From the human T2T-CHM13v2.0 reference genome, Homo sapiens, in the NCBI RefSeq assembly GCF_009914755.1, contig NC_060935.1: a DNA stretch of 64,000 bases; one strand, given 5' to 3'. Made by a program: the position numbers and the translations under genes. Each line of letters starts with the position of its first letter. The stretch's first letter is position 1. Positions 26,400 to 38,600 of the stretch are shown here, in pieces. The notes below the pieces were generated by a model. It was given only the letters and a program-made list of their open reading frames with translations. It searched no databases and was not told where the DNA came from.

Positions 26400-29300
26400 C
26401 TGCAGGGGACAGAGGAGAAGGGCCAGGTGGAGGGAGGCTGCCTGATAGCAGAGCCTACCCAGACCACGGCACAGGGGCTGCGGTGGGAGGGCAGGCCGTG
26501 CCTAGGCCGTGGCCACACTGGGCCTGGGAGCACAGTCATATGAACAGGCCCACAGCCTGAAGCCCTTCTGTGCACTGGCAGACACCATGGGAGGCTGGCA
26601 AAGCCCTGTCATGTGGAGCACAGAAGACAAGACGCAGCCCTGGGAACTGTGTGTCTCTGCTCTTGATGTTGGCATACCAGAGATAGCATTGCTGGGTGTG
26701 GGCGGGAAACCCAGCAGTCACCCCCACCCTACCTGCCCCCAGTCAGGAACACAAATCAAGCAGTTCCAAACAGCTTACCTTCGTCTCACCTGCTCTATTC
26801 GATCTCGCATGATGTCCTCTGTCATCTCACTTGGCACTTGGAAGATACGAGTGTGGCTGCAAAAGGCCATTCGTACATTGGCATATGGGATCTGAGTTTC
26901 TTTCTTAACAGGCATAGAGAGCTGCTAGAGATGGGATCCTGCAAACAATGACTCTTGCCCTGACACCATGAACTTTTGAGCTGGTCTCTCCCCCTTCTTG
27001 ACTCATGAGCACAAAGCTTTTTTTTACTAACCAGGTACCCTTGAGCCCCCAGTAATGCTGAACAGGTAGCAGACTGTCCCAGGGAGAGCCAGGGACACAG
27101 AGCTGAGTGCCCTTACTAAAGGCAGCAAGCAGTGGTCTCGTGAGCCGTGGAATTCACCCTTCTGAATTCAGTCTTCTGAATTCCTCTCCTATCATCAGCT
27201 CTTGATGACCTGCATCACCCCACACCCACTGTGGTTCAGAGATGCTTCTAGGAAAGCCTACAGCGAGGAAGCTGTGGGGTCCCCTGGGGAGCCTCCTTGC
27301 TTTGTTTCATAAAGGGATATATATATTTCCTGACTATATACTTACTGAAATAAGAGGGGGACACCAAAACCAGTGGGTTGTGGGGGGAGATAGGCGGAGG
27401 CTTTTGGTTTAAAATCTTTGTAGAAAATCCAGAGTGGAAAAATTATATGTAAATAATTGACTGATTCCTGTAGCCTGTCTGAAAAGCTTAAAACTAGTTT
27501 TTTTATACAGACGAGATTTTTAAAATATTGGAAGATGATGTGTGTGTTATCCAAACCAAGGAGCACAATGTCCGCAATTCCATAGCACAACCACGTCAGG
27601 CACAGAAAAGCCTGGATTATAATCAACAACATTTATGATTTTAGGGGCCTCAGAAGGCTTCCCATCCAAAAAAACTCTTTCCCAGGGAGCTCTCAGATCC
27701 CACCATGTTATTCCTTTTGGTTATGAAATTACTGTGCATTTGAGTCTTCCTAAAAGGCAGATGCCACTAGAAGGGGTAAGCACATGGAAACCGTTTCTTG
27801 AGAAATGGAGCCTCCTTGATACAACAGATCAACATCGATGATGCGGCAGGGAAAGGAGGAAGAGAGGAGGAAGGGGAGAAGTCTCCTTCAGGTTCCCGTA
27901 GGACCAGTCTAAGCCCTCAGTCCCTCTCCTGGGAAGGGGTGGCTGATGTGCTCCAGAGACCCCCAGTGAACACAGGTGCAGGAAAGGAAATAGGAAAGCC
28001 TCTGTCTGAAGCATGATGGCTTCAGGCCAGCTCCCTGGGCCTCGGGGCTCAGCATCTGCAGAGCCACGAGAGGCAGTGGGGACGGCTGTGAGCTGGCAGG
28101 CACCCGGGACGCTGGCGAAGCCACCATAACCGAGTGCAGAATTCTAGCCTCGGGCGCTGGGAAGCCTCCCCACACCTCAGTTGCAGATGAAAACTTTGGC
28201 TTTTGCATTTTAAGAGCTTATTTTCTTTTAGCTCTTTAAAGTGCAGCCACTTCTGAGCAACTCAAGTGCAAAAATAACAGAAATCTGAAATGTATTCAGA
28301 AGCATTTAAGAAATGGAGTGCAAGCCCAGTTTTCCAACCCCTCAAGTCATTTAAAAATGTAGAAATGAGCTGGGCTTTCAAGATAGCAAGGATATTCCCT
28401 TAAGACCCCAAAGCAAGGCTGAGGAATTTGTCAGCCAAAGACGACATCTCTAGAGAAGAGCATCTGAGGGTTCGTGAAGAGAGGGGCTTGCGCATCTCTC
28501 CCTCCCCTTCCTTCGCCCAGGGCAAGTGGGACACCTTACCTCCATCTTATGAACTGGATTCGTGTTCTCTCCTCTAGGACCTCTTGGCTCTGGTTTGCCA
28601 ACAAATCAGACTTAGAGAGGTGGTGCTTCACCTGGGAAATCCAGAGGGTCCATGTGATTCCTGCCCAGTGTGGCCCCCAACTGGGCTGGCACAGAGCCCA
28701 GACGAGCACCTCACCCTTGCCCAGAATCATTTACGGTGCACCTCCCACCTCTCCCCTCTCCCTCACCGCTACTCCCAGGCAAGGTCTCAAACTCTCATTT
28801 ACCACATCTCTGGTCACGTGGATGTCCTGGCCATGGGTGGGAGGGGAGTCAGTGGACATCTTCTCCCTTACACCCTGGGAAGGGTGGTTGATGGACAGCT
28901 TTTCCTTTATGCCCCGAGAAGCCTCTTCTTCTGTCTGAAAGGTGAGAAATTCCCTCTGAAAATGTCACTCTGCATCCAACCCTGGGTCTTCTTCTCCTCT
29001 TCCTTTCCTTTTATTCATTCTCCATCACAACTCACACACCACATATTCACACACATACACTCCTTACCTCACTGTTCCCACAATAAGCTACTTCCCTGTA
29101 AAGTCCTCAGAACTCCCTAAGTCCCTGGCCCTATCCCAAGGTGTTCCTGAGACACCCTTGAGCTGGGAAGGATGCAGCTGAAACCCTTAAGCCAGGATGC
29201 TTGAGAAGCAGGACGGCGTTAGTGGTGGTGCTAACACATTTCCTGCCAGGACACAAGCCACAGTGTCCTCCAGCACATGTGAAGAAATTAGACTCAAATC

Positions 29301-29740
29301 TAGGAAGGGTGTCTGGCAATGAACTTGAGTTCCAGTTCCATGAAGAAGGAAGTCCAGATCCCCACACCCACTGAGACCACTTCTCTAGCATTTTGGATAT
29401 CCTGAGTCATAAAGAAATCTTACTCACTTTTTTCAACCAATGATGTAGTACAGACACAGCCTCACTTTCCACAACGTCAATGTCCTGGAACAAATTGGCA
29501 AGTTGGTGACCTCAGAAAACCTAGAAATTCAGCTCTTCCCACCCAGCCCCCGCAACTGTTACTCAAATTTATTTGTAAGATCTCTATGAAGTGCAGCAGG
29601 GTCCCACAGGGGGAGAAGATATATGAAAAATTATTCCATGTGACTACCACCAAGCTGCTTACCGAACTGGTTATTGGTAGGAAGGGAAGCCCTACACCTT
29701 TCCGAGCAAGAATATACACAATCCATGTCGTAATTATCAT
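26333..29740 (-). CDS. SPATA19: SPATA19 (spermatogenesis-associated 19, spergen-1), 167 aa; join(29663-29740, 29428-29484, 28803-28934, 28540-28631, 26779-26856, 26333-26399)
   Basis: Six exons with GT-AG boundaries splice in frame to [53 protein letters not shown]...HVTRDV/VKHHLSK...[14 protein letters not shown]...[27 protein letters not shown], which matches the recalled human SPATA19 protein. Confidence 0.96.
26779..26856 (-). CDS. SPATA19: SPATA19 coding exon 5
   Basis: TTTTGCAG acceptor; 78 nt encoding (S)[25 protein letters not shown]; donor GTAAG. Confidence 0.95.
28540..28631 (-). CDS. SPATA19: SPATA19 coding exon 4
   Basis: TTTCCCAG acceptor; 92 nt encoding VKHHLSK...FIRW plus AG; donor GTAAG (phase 2). 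Confidence 0.95.
28803..28934 (-). CDS. SPATA19: SPATA19 coding exon 3
   Basis: TTTCAG acceptor; 132 nt encoding TEEEASRG...VTRDV; donor GTAAAT. Confidence 0.95.
29428..29484 (-). CDS. SPATA19: SPATA19 coding exon 2
   Basis: CAG acceptor at 29487-29485; 57 nt encoding [19 protein letters not shown]; donor GTGAGT. Confidence 0.95.
29663..29740 (-). CDS. SPATA19: SPATA19 coding exon 1 (N-terminal mitochondrial targeting segment)
   Basis: ATG at 29740-29738 (CAAAG ATG A); 26 codons; donor GTAAG at 29662. Confidence 0.95.
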
Positions 29741-29840
29741 CTTTGAATGTATACCAGGCCCCCTTCTTGGCTCCCTCCTTCCATTGAAGCTGCCTGAGAA
29801 CTCCTATGGGACAGGAAGGTCATTGAAGGGAGGTGTCCAC

Positions 29841-29850
29841 CTGATTGGCT
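29841..29850 (-). promoter_or_regulatory. CCAAT (NF-Y) box in the SPATA19 proximal promoter
   Basis: AGCCAATCAG, full NF-Y consensus, ~100 bp upstream of the ATG. Confidence 0.5.
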
Positions 29851-29869
29851 GACCCATGGTGATGTGACA

Positions 29870-30615
29870 ATGGCCTCCCTTTGAAAATGATGTATGTGAG
29901 TATAAATGCCGTTGCCAAGAGCCCCTGCATTTCAGGCTCTGGGTGCACTCCTATGAGTTACCCTGCTTCAAGGAGCAGAACCATTGAATAAAAGATTGCT
30001 GTCTAACACCATTGGCTGACCCTTGAATTCTTTTCTTGGGAAAGCACTAATTTGGGAGCTCACCTCCAGGCAGGAGGATGGGGTCTGGAGCCAGGAAACC
30101 TAAGGCCGATTTACACTGACTTCCTAGAACTAAATCAAAAGGAAAACCCCAACTTTCCGTGCCCAAGTAACAAAAAGACCAGAGGCTACGCCCTTTGCAA
30201 CCCTCTCCTTTTCTGCATGGCAGATGAAAAACTGAAAGTATCTCTGATTGCTCCCCTCCCACAATCAGGCTGGTTGTGGGCCAGGTCTTCATTTGCATAG
30301 AGATATAACTTTATAACTTCACTTCAGCCTCTGATTGGTCACTTTCCGCAACCAATCAGACTGATCATGAGCCACTACTTCATTTACATAGGGTATATAC
30401 CAAGTAACCAATGGGAAACCCCTAGAGGGTATTTAAACCCCAGAAAATTCTGTAACCAGTCTGCTCCCATCCTGTGGAGTGTACTTTTATTTTCGTTAAA
30501 TCTCTGCCTTTGTTACTTCATTCTTTCCTTCGTTTGTGTGTTTTGTCCATTTCTTTGTTTAAGACGCCAAGAACCTGAACACCCTCCACCAGTAACAACC
30601 TGTCCCGCAACAACT
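29870..30615 (+). mobile_element. Older ERV1-class LTR 3' part (MER31/MER67-like), split by MER51
   Basis: tataaat...aataaaagattgctgtctaacacc...ccttgaattcttttcttggg...aatttgggagctcacct; resumes after MER51 as acctgtcccgcaaca. Confidence 0.65.
30066..30597 (+). mobile_element. MER51 (ERV1) solo LTR with 4-bp TSD ACCT
   Basis: Starts aggcaggaggatggggtctggag..aacctaaggccgattt..cttcctagaactaaatcaaaaggaaaacccc and ends ccaccagtaaca. ACCT at 30062-30065 and 30598-30601. Confidence 0.85.
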
Positions 30616-30849
30616 TGTCATGTGCTCTTGACCTAATCATTAGTCCCTCTGGTCTGAGTTTCTTTGTCTTATACTGAAAGGGATAGAGTTGTGTCCCTAG
30701 CTTTCTTCTAACTCTAATATTCCAAAAATTTTCCCACGTTTATTCTTCTCAGGATTATAGAAAACCTTTTATCACTTTCTCCAATTCCCCTGATACAGCC
30801 ACTACACGTCTTCCCTCTCAACAATTCGCCTCAATTTTATATCATCCCT

Positions 30850-31205
30850 GACATAGTCAGAATCGGCTAGGCTCTGCTGAGGACTGAGGCAACAAACCAA
30901 CCTCCAAATCAAAATGTTTATTTCTCACTCTCAAAAGCTCTCGTGCAAGTTGGGTAATTTCAGAGCAATTGTGTGCCATGTGGAGACTCACAGGTCCACA
31001 TTCAGAGGACACGACCTCCATGACTGCCAAAGCAGGGAAGAGAGCACAGAGAGGAATCAGGTCAGTGTTCCACCTTTCAGCTCAGAGGCTCCTACTTAGA
31101 GCTTTTGATCTAGAACTAGTCCTATGGCCCCTACCTAATTCCAAGGAAGACTGGAAATTGTAAAATAGCAGATGAAATTACCTGTCAACATCTCTGTTTC
31201 TACAG
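30850..31205 (-). mobile_element. Old MLT1 LTR
   Basis: tagtcagaatcggctaggc...tttatttctcactc...aactagtcctatggcccctacctaa..aaggaagactggaaattgta. Confidence 0.55.
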
Positions 31206-31229
31206 CTATCCCCTAAAATTTATGTTTTC

Positions 31230-31521
31230 ATCCTTATTGATGTAATTTTATTTTTGAATATTTAAAATATTAATGTGATTCAGAAATCAAAACATGAACA
31301 GATACATTCAAGGACGTTCCATCTCTTCCCCATACCTTCAACCTTGTTCTAACTCACTTCAGAAGTAAAATTTTCATTAGTTTCTCGACGACATATCCTG
31401 TGCTTATGTTGTCAAAATGAAGCTCATACATAAATCTATTTGCTTTTTGATTACAATGTTATAAAATGCATACAGTAAAATGTACAAATATGCATACAGC
31501 GGAGAAAAATTTTTACACACA

Positions 31522-31554
<33 letters not shown>

Positions 31555-32667
31555 TTACTTGTTTAACCACTGCCCAGATCAAGATAGAAAACATTTTTAG
31601 TAGGACATTTGTATTATATTTGATTTGATGCTGTTTAAAATCATGCTGCTATGAAAATTTTTATACTGTACCTATCTTTTGGTTGACATAAGCACTAAAT
31701 CTTCTGAGTATATACCAAGGATTAGAGTTGCTAGGTCATAGACTTTAGATATGTGTAGCATTCATATACACCAAACAGTACTGCAAAGGGGTTGTATTAA
31801 TCTACTGCCCATAAGCAATGTATGAAAGTGACAGTTACTCCACGTTTTTTCCAACACTTAGTATTGTCGCTCCTTTAAATTTAGCCAATCTAGTAGAGAT
31901 GTAGTGGTAACTAATAATACTTTAATTTTCATTTAACCGATTATCAGTGGCATCATGCATGTTTTTATTTGCCTATTGGTCACTTTGGATATTCTTTTTT
32001 GTGAAGTGCCTCCTCGAGCTTTGTGCCCTTTCATTGAATTGTTGGTCTTTTTCTTATTGATTTGTAGATTTTTTAATGTATTGTAAATAGTAGTCCTTTA
32101 TCAATATGTGTTTTGCAATTATTTTATCTCAATTTATGACTTGCCTTTCACTCTTTGAGTACTGTCTTCTGAGGAACAGAAACTCTTAATTTTTAGTCAG
32201 TTTTATTGTGATATATTTAAATAATATAAAATTTACCCATCATAATGTATAATTAAATAATTTTTAGTAGATTCAGAGAATTGTGCAACCATCACAACTA
32301 TTCAATTATAGAACATATCCATCACTCCAGAAATGTTTGTCATGCCCATTTGCAGGCAACCTCGGCTTCCATTCTCAGCCCCACCAATCTGCTTTCTATC
32401 TCTAGAGATGTGCCTTTTCTGGACATTTCATACATATGGAACTATACCGTATTATGTCTTGCTTATTTCACCAAGCATGTTTGGGAGGGTCATCTACATA
32501 CCTTGTAGCATGTGTCAGTAATTCACTCCTTTTTATTATGGGGTATTACCCCATAATACTATTCCACTGCATGGACATACCACATTTTGTTTGTCCATTC
32601 ACCAGTTGATGTACCTTAAATGGTGTCCAGTTTGGGTCTTCTATGAATAACACTGTAATGAACGTGT
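31230..32667 (-). mobile_element. Nested ancient L1M 3' fragments, containing (CA)n at ~31516-31553
   Basis: T-rich plus strand with typical L1M 3' UTR and ORF2-end motifs. Confidence 0.7.
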
Positions 32668-35600
32668 TGTTGTTGTTGTTGTTAAATTTTTTAATTTTAT
32701 CTTTCCATATGTGTTGCGGTACAGGTGGTATTTGGTTACATGAGTAAGTTCTTTAGTGGTGACTTCTGAGATTTTGGTTCACCCATCACCCAAGCAGTGT
32801 ACACTGCACCACATTTGTAGTCTTTTATCCCTCACCCCCTCCCACTTTTCTCCCCAAGTCCCCGAAGTCCATTGTATTATTCTTATGCCTTTGCATCCTC
32901 ATAGCTTAGCTCCCACACATCAGCGAGAACATGCAATATTTGGTTTTTCATTCCTGAGTTACTTCACTTAGAATAACAGTCTCCAATCTCATCCAGTTCA
33001 CTGCAAATGCTATTAATTCATTCCTTTTTATGGCTGAATATTATTCTATCATATATATATATACCACAGTTTCTTTATCCACTCATTGATTGATGGGCAT
33101 TTGGGTTGCTTCCACGATTTTGCAGTTGTGAATTGTACTGCTATAAATATGCGTGTACAAGTATCTTTTTTGAATAATGACTTTTTTCCTCTGGGTAGGT
33201 ACCCAGTAGTGGGATTGCTGGATCAAATGGTAGTTCCACTTTTAGTTCTTTAAAGAATCTCCACACTGTTTTCCACAGCGGCTGTGCTAGTTTACATTCC
33301 CACCAGCAGTGTAGAAGTGTTCCCTGATCACCGCATGCATGCCAACATCTATTGTTTTTTGATTTTTTGATTCTGGCCATTCTTGCAGGAGTAAGGTGGT
33401 ATTGAATTGTGGTTTTGATTTGTATTTCCCTGAGCATTAGTGATGTTGAGCATTTTTTCATATGTTTATTGGCCATTTGTGTATCTTCTTCTGAGAATTG
33501 TCTATTCATGTCCTTAGCCCACTTTTTGATGGGATTGTTTGAATTTGTTGTAGATTCTTAATATTAGTCCTTTGTCAGACGTATAGATTGTGAAGATTTT
33601 CTCCCACTCTGTGGGTTGTCTGTTTATTCTGCTGACTGTTCCTTTTGCCCTGCAAAAGCACGTTAGTTTAATTAGGTCCCAGCTATTTATCTTTGTTTTT
33701 ATTGCATTTGCTTTTGGGTTCTTGGTCATGAAATCCTTGCCTAAGCCAATGTCTAGAAGGGTTTTTCCAATGTTATCTTCTAGAATTTTTATAGTTTGAG
33801 TTCCTAGATTTCAGTCCCTAATCCATCTTGAGTTGATTTTTGTATAAGGTGAGAGATGAGGATCCAGTTTCATTCTCCTACATGTGGCTAGCCAATTATC
33901 CCAGCACCATTTGTTGAAAAGGGTATCTTTTCCCCACTTTATGTTTTTGTTTGCTTTGTCAGAGATCAGTTGGCTGTAAGTATTTGGATTTATTTCTGGG
34001 TTCCCTATTCTGTTCCATTGGCCTATGTGCCTATTTTTATACCAGTACCACACTGTTTTGGTGACTGTGGCATTACTGTATAGTTTGAAATCAGGTAGTG
34101 TAATGCCTCCAGATTTGTTCTTTTTGCTTAGTCTTGCTTTGGCTATGTGGGCTCCTTTTTTGTTTCCATATGAATTTTAGAATTGTTTTTTCTAACTCTT
34201 GAAGAATGATTATGGTATTTTAACGGAGATTTCATTGAATTCATAGATTGCTTTTGGCAATGTGGTCATTTTTCACAATATTGATTCTACTCATCTATGA
34301 GCATGGGATGTGTTTTCATTTGTAGGTGTCATCTATGATGTCTTTCAGCAGCGTTTTGTAGTTTTCCTTGTAGAGGTCTTTTGACTCCTTTGTTAGGTAT
34401 ATTCCTAAGTATTTTAATTTTTTGCAGCTATTGTAAAAGGGGTTGAGTTCTTGATTTGATTCTCCGCTTGGTCGCTTGGTGTATAAAAGACCTACTGATT
34501 TGTGTACATTAATTTTGTATCTGGGAACTTTGCTAAATTCTTTTATCAGTTTTAGAAGCTTTCTGGAAGAGTCCTTAGGGTTTTCAAGGTAAACAGTCAT
34601 ATAATCAGCAAACAGGGACAGTTTGACTTCCTCTTTACCGATTTGGATGCCCTTTATTTCTTTCTCTTGTCTGATTGCTCTTGCCAGGGCTTCTAGTACT
34701 ATGTTGAAGAGGAATGGTGAGAGTGGGCATCCTTGTCTTGTTCCCATTCTCAGAGGGAATGCTTTCAACTTTTCCCCATTCAGTATTATGTTGGCTGTGG
34801 GTTTGTCATAGATGGCTTTTATTACATTAAGGTATGTCCCTTGTATGCCTATTTTGCTGAGGGTTTTAATCATAAAGGGATGCTGGATTTTGTCAAATGC
34901 TTTTTCTGCATCTATTAAGATGATCATATGATTTTTGTTTTTAATTCTGTTTATGTGGTGGATCACATTTATTGACTTGCTTATGTTAAACCATCCCCGC
35001 ATCCCTGGTATGAAACCCTTTTGATCATGGTGGATTACCTTTTTGATATGCTGTTGGATTTTGTAGTTAGCATTTTGTTAAGGATTTTAGCATCTATGTT
35101 CATCAAGGGTATCAGTCTGTAGTTTTCTTTTTTGGTTGTGTCCTTTCCTTGTTTTGGTATTAGGGTGATGCTGGCTTCATAGAATGAATTAGGGAGGGTT
35201 CTTTCTTTCTCTGTCTTGTGGAATAGTGTCAAAACAATTGGTACCAGTTCTTCTTTGAATGTCTGGTAGAATTCTGCTGTGACTCCATCTGGTCCTGGAC
35301 TCTTTTTGTTGGTAATTTTTTAATTACCGTTTCAATCTTGCTGCTTGTTATTGGTCTGTTCAGGTTATCTAATTCTTCCTGATTTAAGCTTTGAGAGTTA
35401 TATTTTTCCAGGAATTTATCCATCTCTTCTAGGTTTTCTACTTTATCTGCATAAAGGTGTTCATAGTAGCCTTAAATGATCTTTTGTATTTCAGTGGTGT
35501 CAGTTGTAATATCTCCTGTTTCATTTCTTAGTGAGATTATTTGGATTTTCTCTCTTCTTGTCTTGGTTAATCTTGTTTTGTCTAAGAAAAGAAGAGAGAA

Positions 35601-38600
35601 AATCCAAATGGTCTATCAATTTTATTTATCTTTTCAAAGATAAATCCAAATGATCTATCAATTTTATTTATCTTTTCAAAGAACCAGCTTTTGTTTCATT
35701 TGTCTTTTGTATTTTTTTGTTTGTTTGTTTCAATTTCATTTAGTTCTGCTCTGATCTTGGTTATTTCCTTTCTTCTCCTGGGTTTGGGTTAGGTTTGTTC
35801 CTGCTTCTCTAGTTCTTTGAGGTATGACCTTAGATTGTCTGTTTGTGCACTTTCAGACTTTTTGATGTAGGCGTTTAGGGCTATGAACTTTCCTCTTAGC
35901 ACTGCCTCAGCTGTATCCCAGAGGTTTTGATTGGTTGTGTCATTATTGTCATTCAGTTTGAAGACATTTTTAATTTCCATCTTGATTTTGTTTTTGACCC
36001 AATGCTCACTCAGAAGGAGGTTATTTAATTTCCGTGTATTTGCATGGTTCTGAGGGTTCCTTTTGGAGTTGATTTCCAGTTTTATTCCACTGTGGTCTGA
36101 GAGAGTGCTTGATATAATTTCAATTTTCTTAAAATTATTGAGGCTCATTTTATGATCTATCATATGGCCTGTCTTGGAGAAAGTCCCATGCACTGTTTAA
36201 TAGAATGTGTATTCTGCAGTTGCTGGATAAAATATTCTGTATATATCTGTTAAGTCCATTTGTTCCAAGGTATAGTTTAAGTCCATTGTTTCTGCATTGA
36301 TTTTCTGTCTTGATGACCTGTCTAGTGCTGTCAGTGGAGTATTGAAGTCCCCCACTATTATTGTGTTGCTGTCTGTCTCATTTATTAGGTCTATTAGTAA
36401 TCATTTTATAAAGTTGGAAGCTCCAGTGTTAGGTGCATATATGTTTAGGACTGTGATATTTTCCTGTTGGACATGGCCTTTTACCATTACATAATGTCCC
36501 TCTTTGTCTCTCTTAACTGTTATTGCTTTAAAGTTTGTTTTGTCTGATATAAGAATAGACACCCCTGCTCGCTTTTGGTGTCCATTTGCATGAAATGCCT
36601 TTTTCCACCCCTTTACTTTATGTGAGTCTTTATGTGTTAGGTGAGTCTCCTGAAGGCAGCAGATAGTTTGGTTGGTGAGTTCTTATCCATTCTGTGGTTC
36701 TGTATCTTTTAAGTGGAGCATTTAGGCCATTTACATTCAAAGTTAGTATTGAAATGTGAGGTACTGTTGCATTCATCATGCTCTTTGTTGCCTTTGTACT
36801 TTGCTTTGTTTTTTGTATTTCGTTTTTGCTTTTTAACTTATATTTTGTTTTATAGGTCCTGTGTGATTTATGCTTTAAAGAGGTTATGATTTGATGTGTT
36901 TCCAGGATTTGTTTAAAGATTTAGAGCTTGTTTTAGCAGTTCTTGTAGCAGTGGCTTGGTAATGGAGAATTCTCTCAGCAGTTGTTTATCTAAAAATGAC
37001 TGTATCTTTCCCTCAAATTTGATGTTTAGTTTTGCTGGATACAAAATTCTTGGCTGATAATCGTTTTGTTTGAGGAAGCTGAAAATAGGGCCCCAATTCC
37101 TTCTAGCTTGTAGGGTTTCTGCTGAGAAATCTGCTATTAATCTGATAGGTTTTCCTTTATAGGTTGGTGCTTCTGTCTCACAGCTCTTAGGATTCTTTTC
37201 TTCATTTTAACTTTGGATAACCTGATGACAATGTGCCTAGGCAAAGATCTTTTTGCAATGAATTTCCCAGGTGTTCTTTGTGCTTCTTTCTTTATTTATT
37301 TATTTTTGAGATGGAGTGTCACTCTGTCGCCCAGGATAGAGGGCAGTGGCATGGTCTCAGCTCACTGCAACCACCACCTCCCAGGTTCAAGCAATTCTGC
37401 CTCAGCCTCCCAAGTAGTTGGGATTACAGGTGAATGCCCCCCAAGCCCAGCTAATTTATTTATTTGTTTGTTTATTTTTTATTTATTTTATTTTTTGTAT
37501 TTCTAATAGAGATGGGGTTTCACCATGTTGGCAAGGCTGATCTTGAACTCCTGACCTCATATGATCCACCTGCCTCAGCCTCCCAAAGTGCTGGGATTAC
37601 AGGTGTGAGCCACCGTCCCTGGCCTCTTTGTGCTTCTTATATTTGCCTGTCTATGTCTCTAGCAAAGCTAGGGAAGTTTTCCTCGATTACTCCCCCAAAT
37701 ATGTTTTCTAAGCTTTTAGAATTGTCTTCTTTCTCAGGTACATTGATTATTCTTAGGTTTGGTCGTTTAACATAAACCCAGGCTTCTTGGGTTTATGTTC
37801 ATATTTTCTTATTCTTTTTTCTTTGTCTTGGTTGAATTGGGTTAATTTGAAGACCTTGTCTTCCAGCTCTGAATTTCTTTCTGCTACTTGTTCAATTCTA
37901 TTGCTGAGACTTTCCAGAGCATTTAGCAATTCTAAAAGTATGTCCAAGGTTTCCTGAATTTCTTATTGTTTTTTCTTTAAGCTATCTATTTCCTTGAATA
38001 TTTCTCCCTTCACTTCTTGGGTTTCCTTGCATTGGGCTTCACCTTTCTCTGTTCCCTCCCTGATTAGCTTAATAACTGACCTCCTGAATTCTTTTTCAGG
38101 TAAATCAGGGGTTTCTTCTTGGTTTGGATCCATTACTGGTGAGCTAGTGTGATTTTGGGGGGATGTTGAAGAACCTTGTTTTGTCATATTACCAGGGTTG
38201 GTTTTCTGGTTCCTTCTCATTCGGGTAGGCTCTGTCAGAGGGAAGGTCTAGGGCTGAAGGCTGTTGTTCAGATTTTTTCATCCCATGGGGTGTTCCCTTG
38301 ATGTAGTGCTCTCCCCCTTTTCCCGTGGATGTGGCTTCCTGTGAGCCAAACTGCAGTGATTGTTGTCTGTCTTCTGGGTCTAGCTATCCAGCAAGTCTAC
38401 CTGGCTCCAGGCTGATACTGGGGGTTGTCTGCACAGAGTCCTGTAATGTGAACCATCTATGGGCCTCTCAGCTGTGGATACCAGCGCCTGTTCCAGTGGA
38501 GGTGGCAGAGGGTGCAATGGACTCCGTGAGGGTCCTTAGCTTTGGTGGTTTAATGCTCTGTTTTTGTGCTGCCTGGTCTCCTGCCAGAAGATGCTGCTTT

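Noticed and set aside
26857-26945. Alternative upstream acceptor for SPATA19 exon 5 (TTTGCAG near 26939)
   Set aside because: Its use would introduce an early stop; the acceptor at 26856 gives the known protein.
27150-27185. Three clustered GAATTC sites, suggesting a cloning artefact
   Set aside because: Explained by a short degenerate tandem repeat (cttctgaattc); no vector sequence nearby.
28474-29120. 154-aa and 178-aa plus-strand ORFs
   Set aside because: Antisense to SPATA19 exons 3-4 with no independent coding signal.
34316-35002. Reverse transcriptase ORFs (also 61967-62560) as a novel RT system
   Set aside because: Ordinary fragmented L1 ORF2 sequence; neither element is intact.
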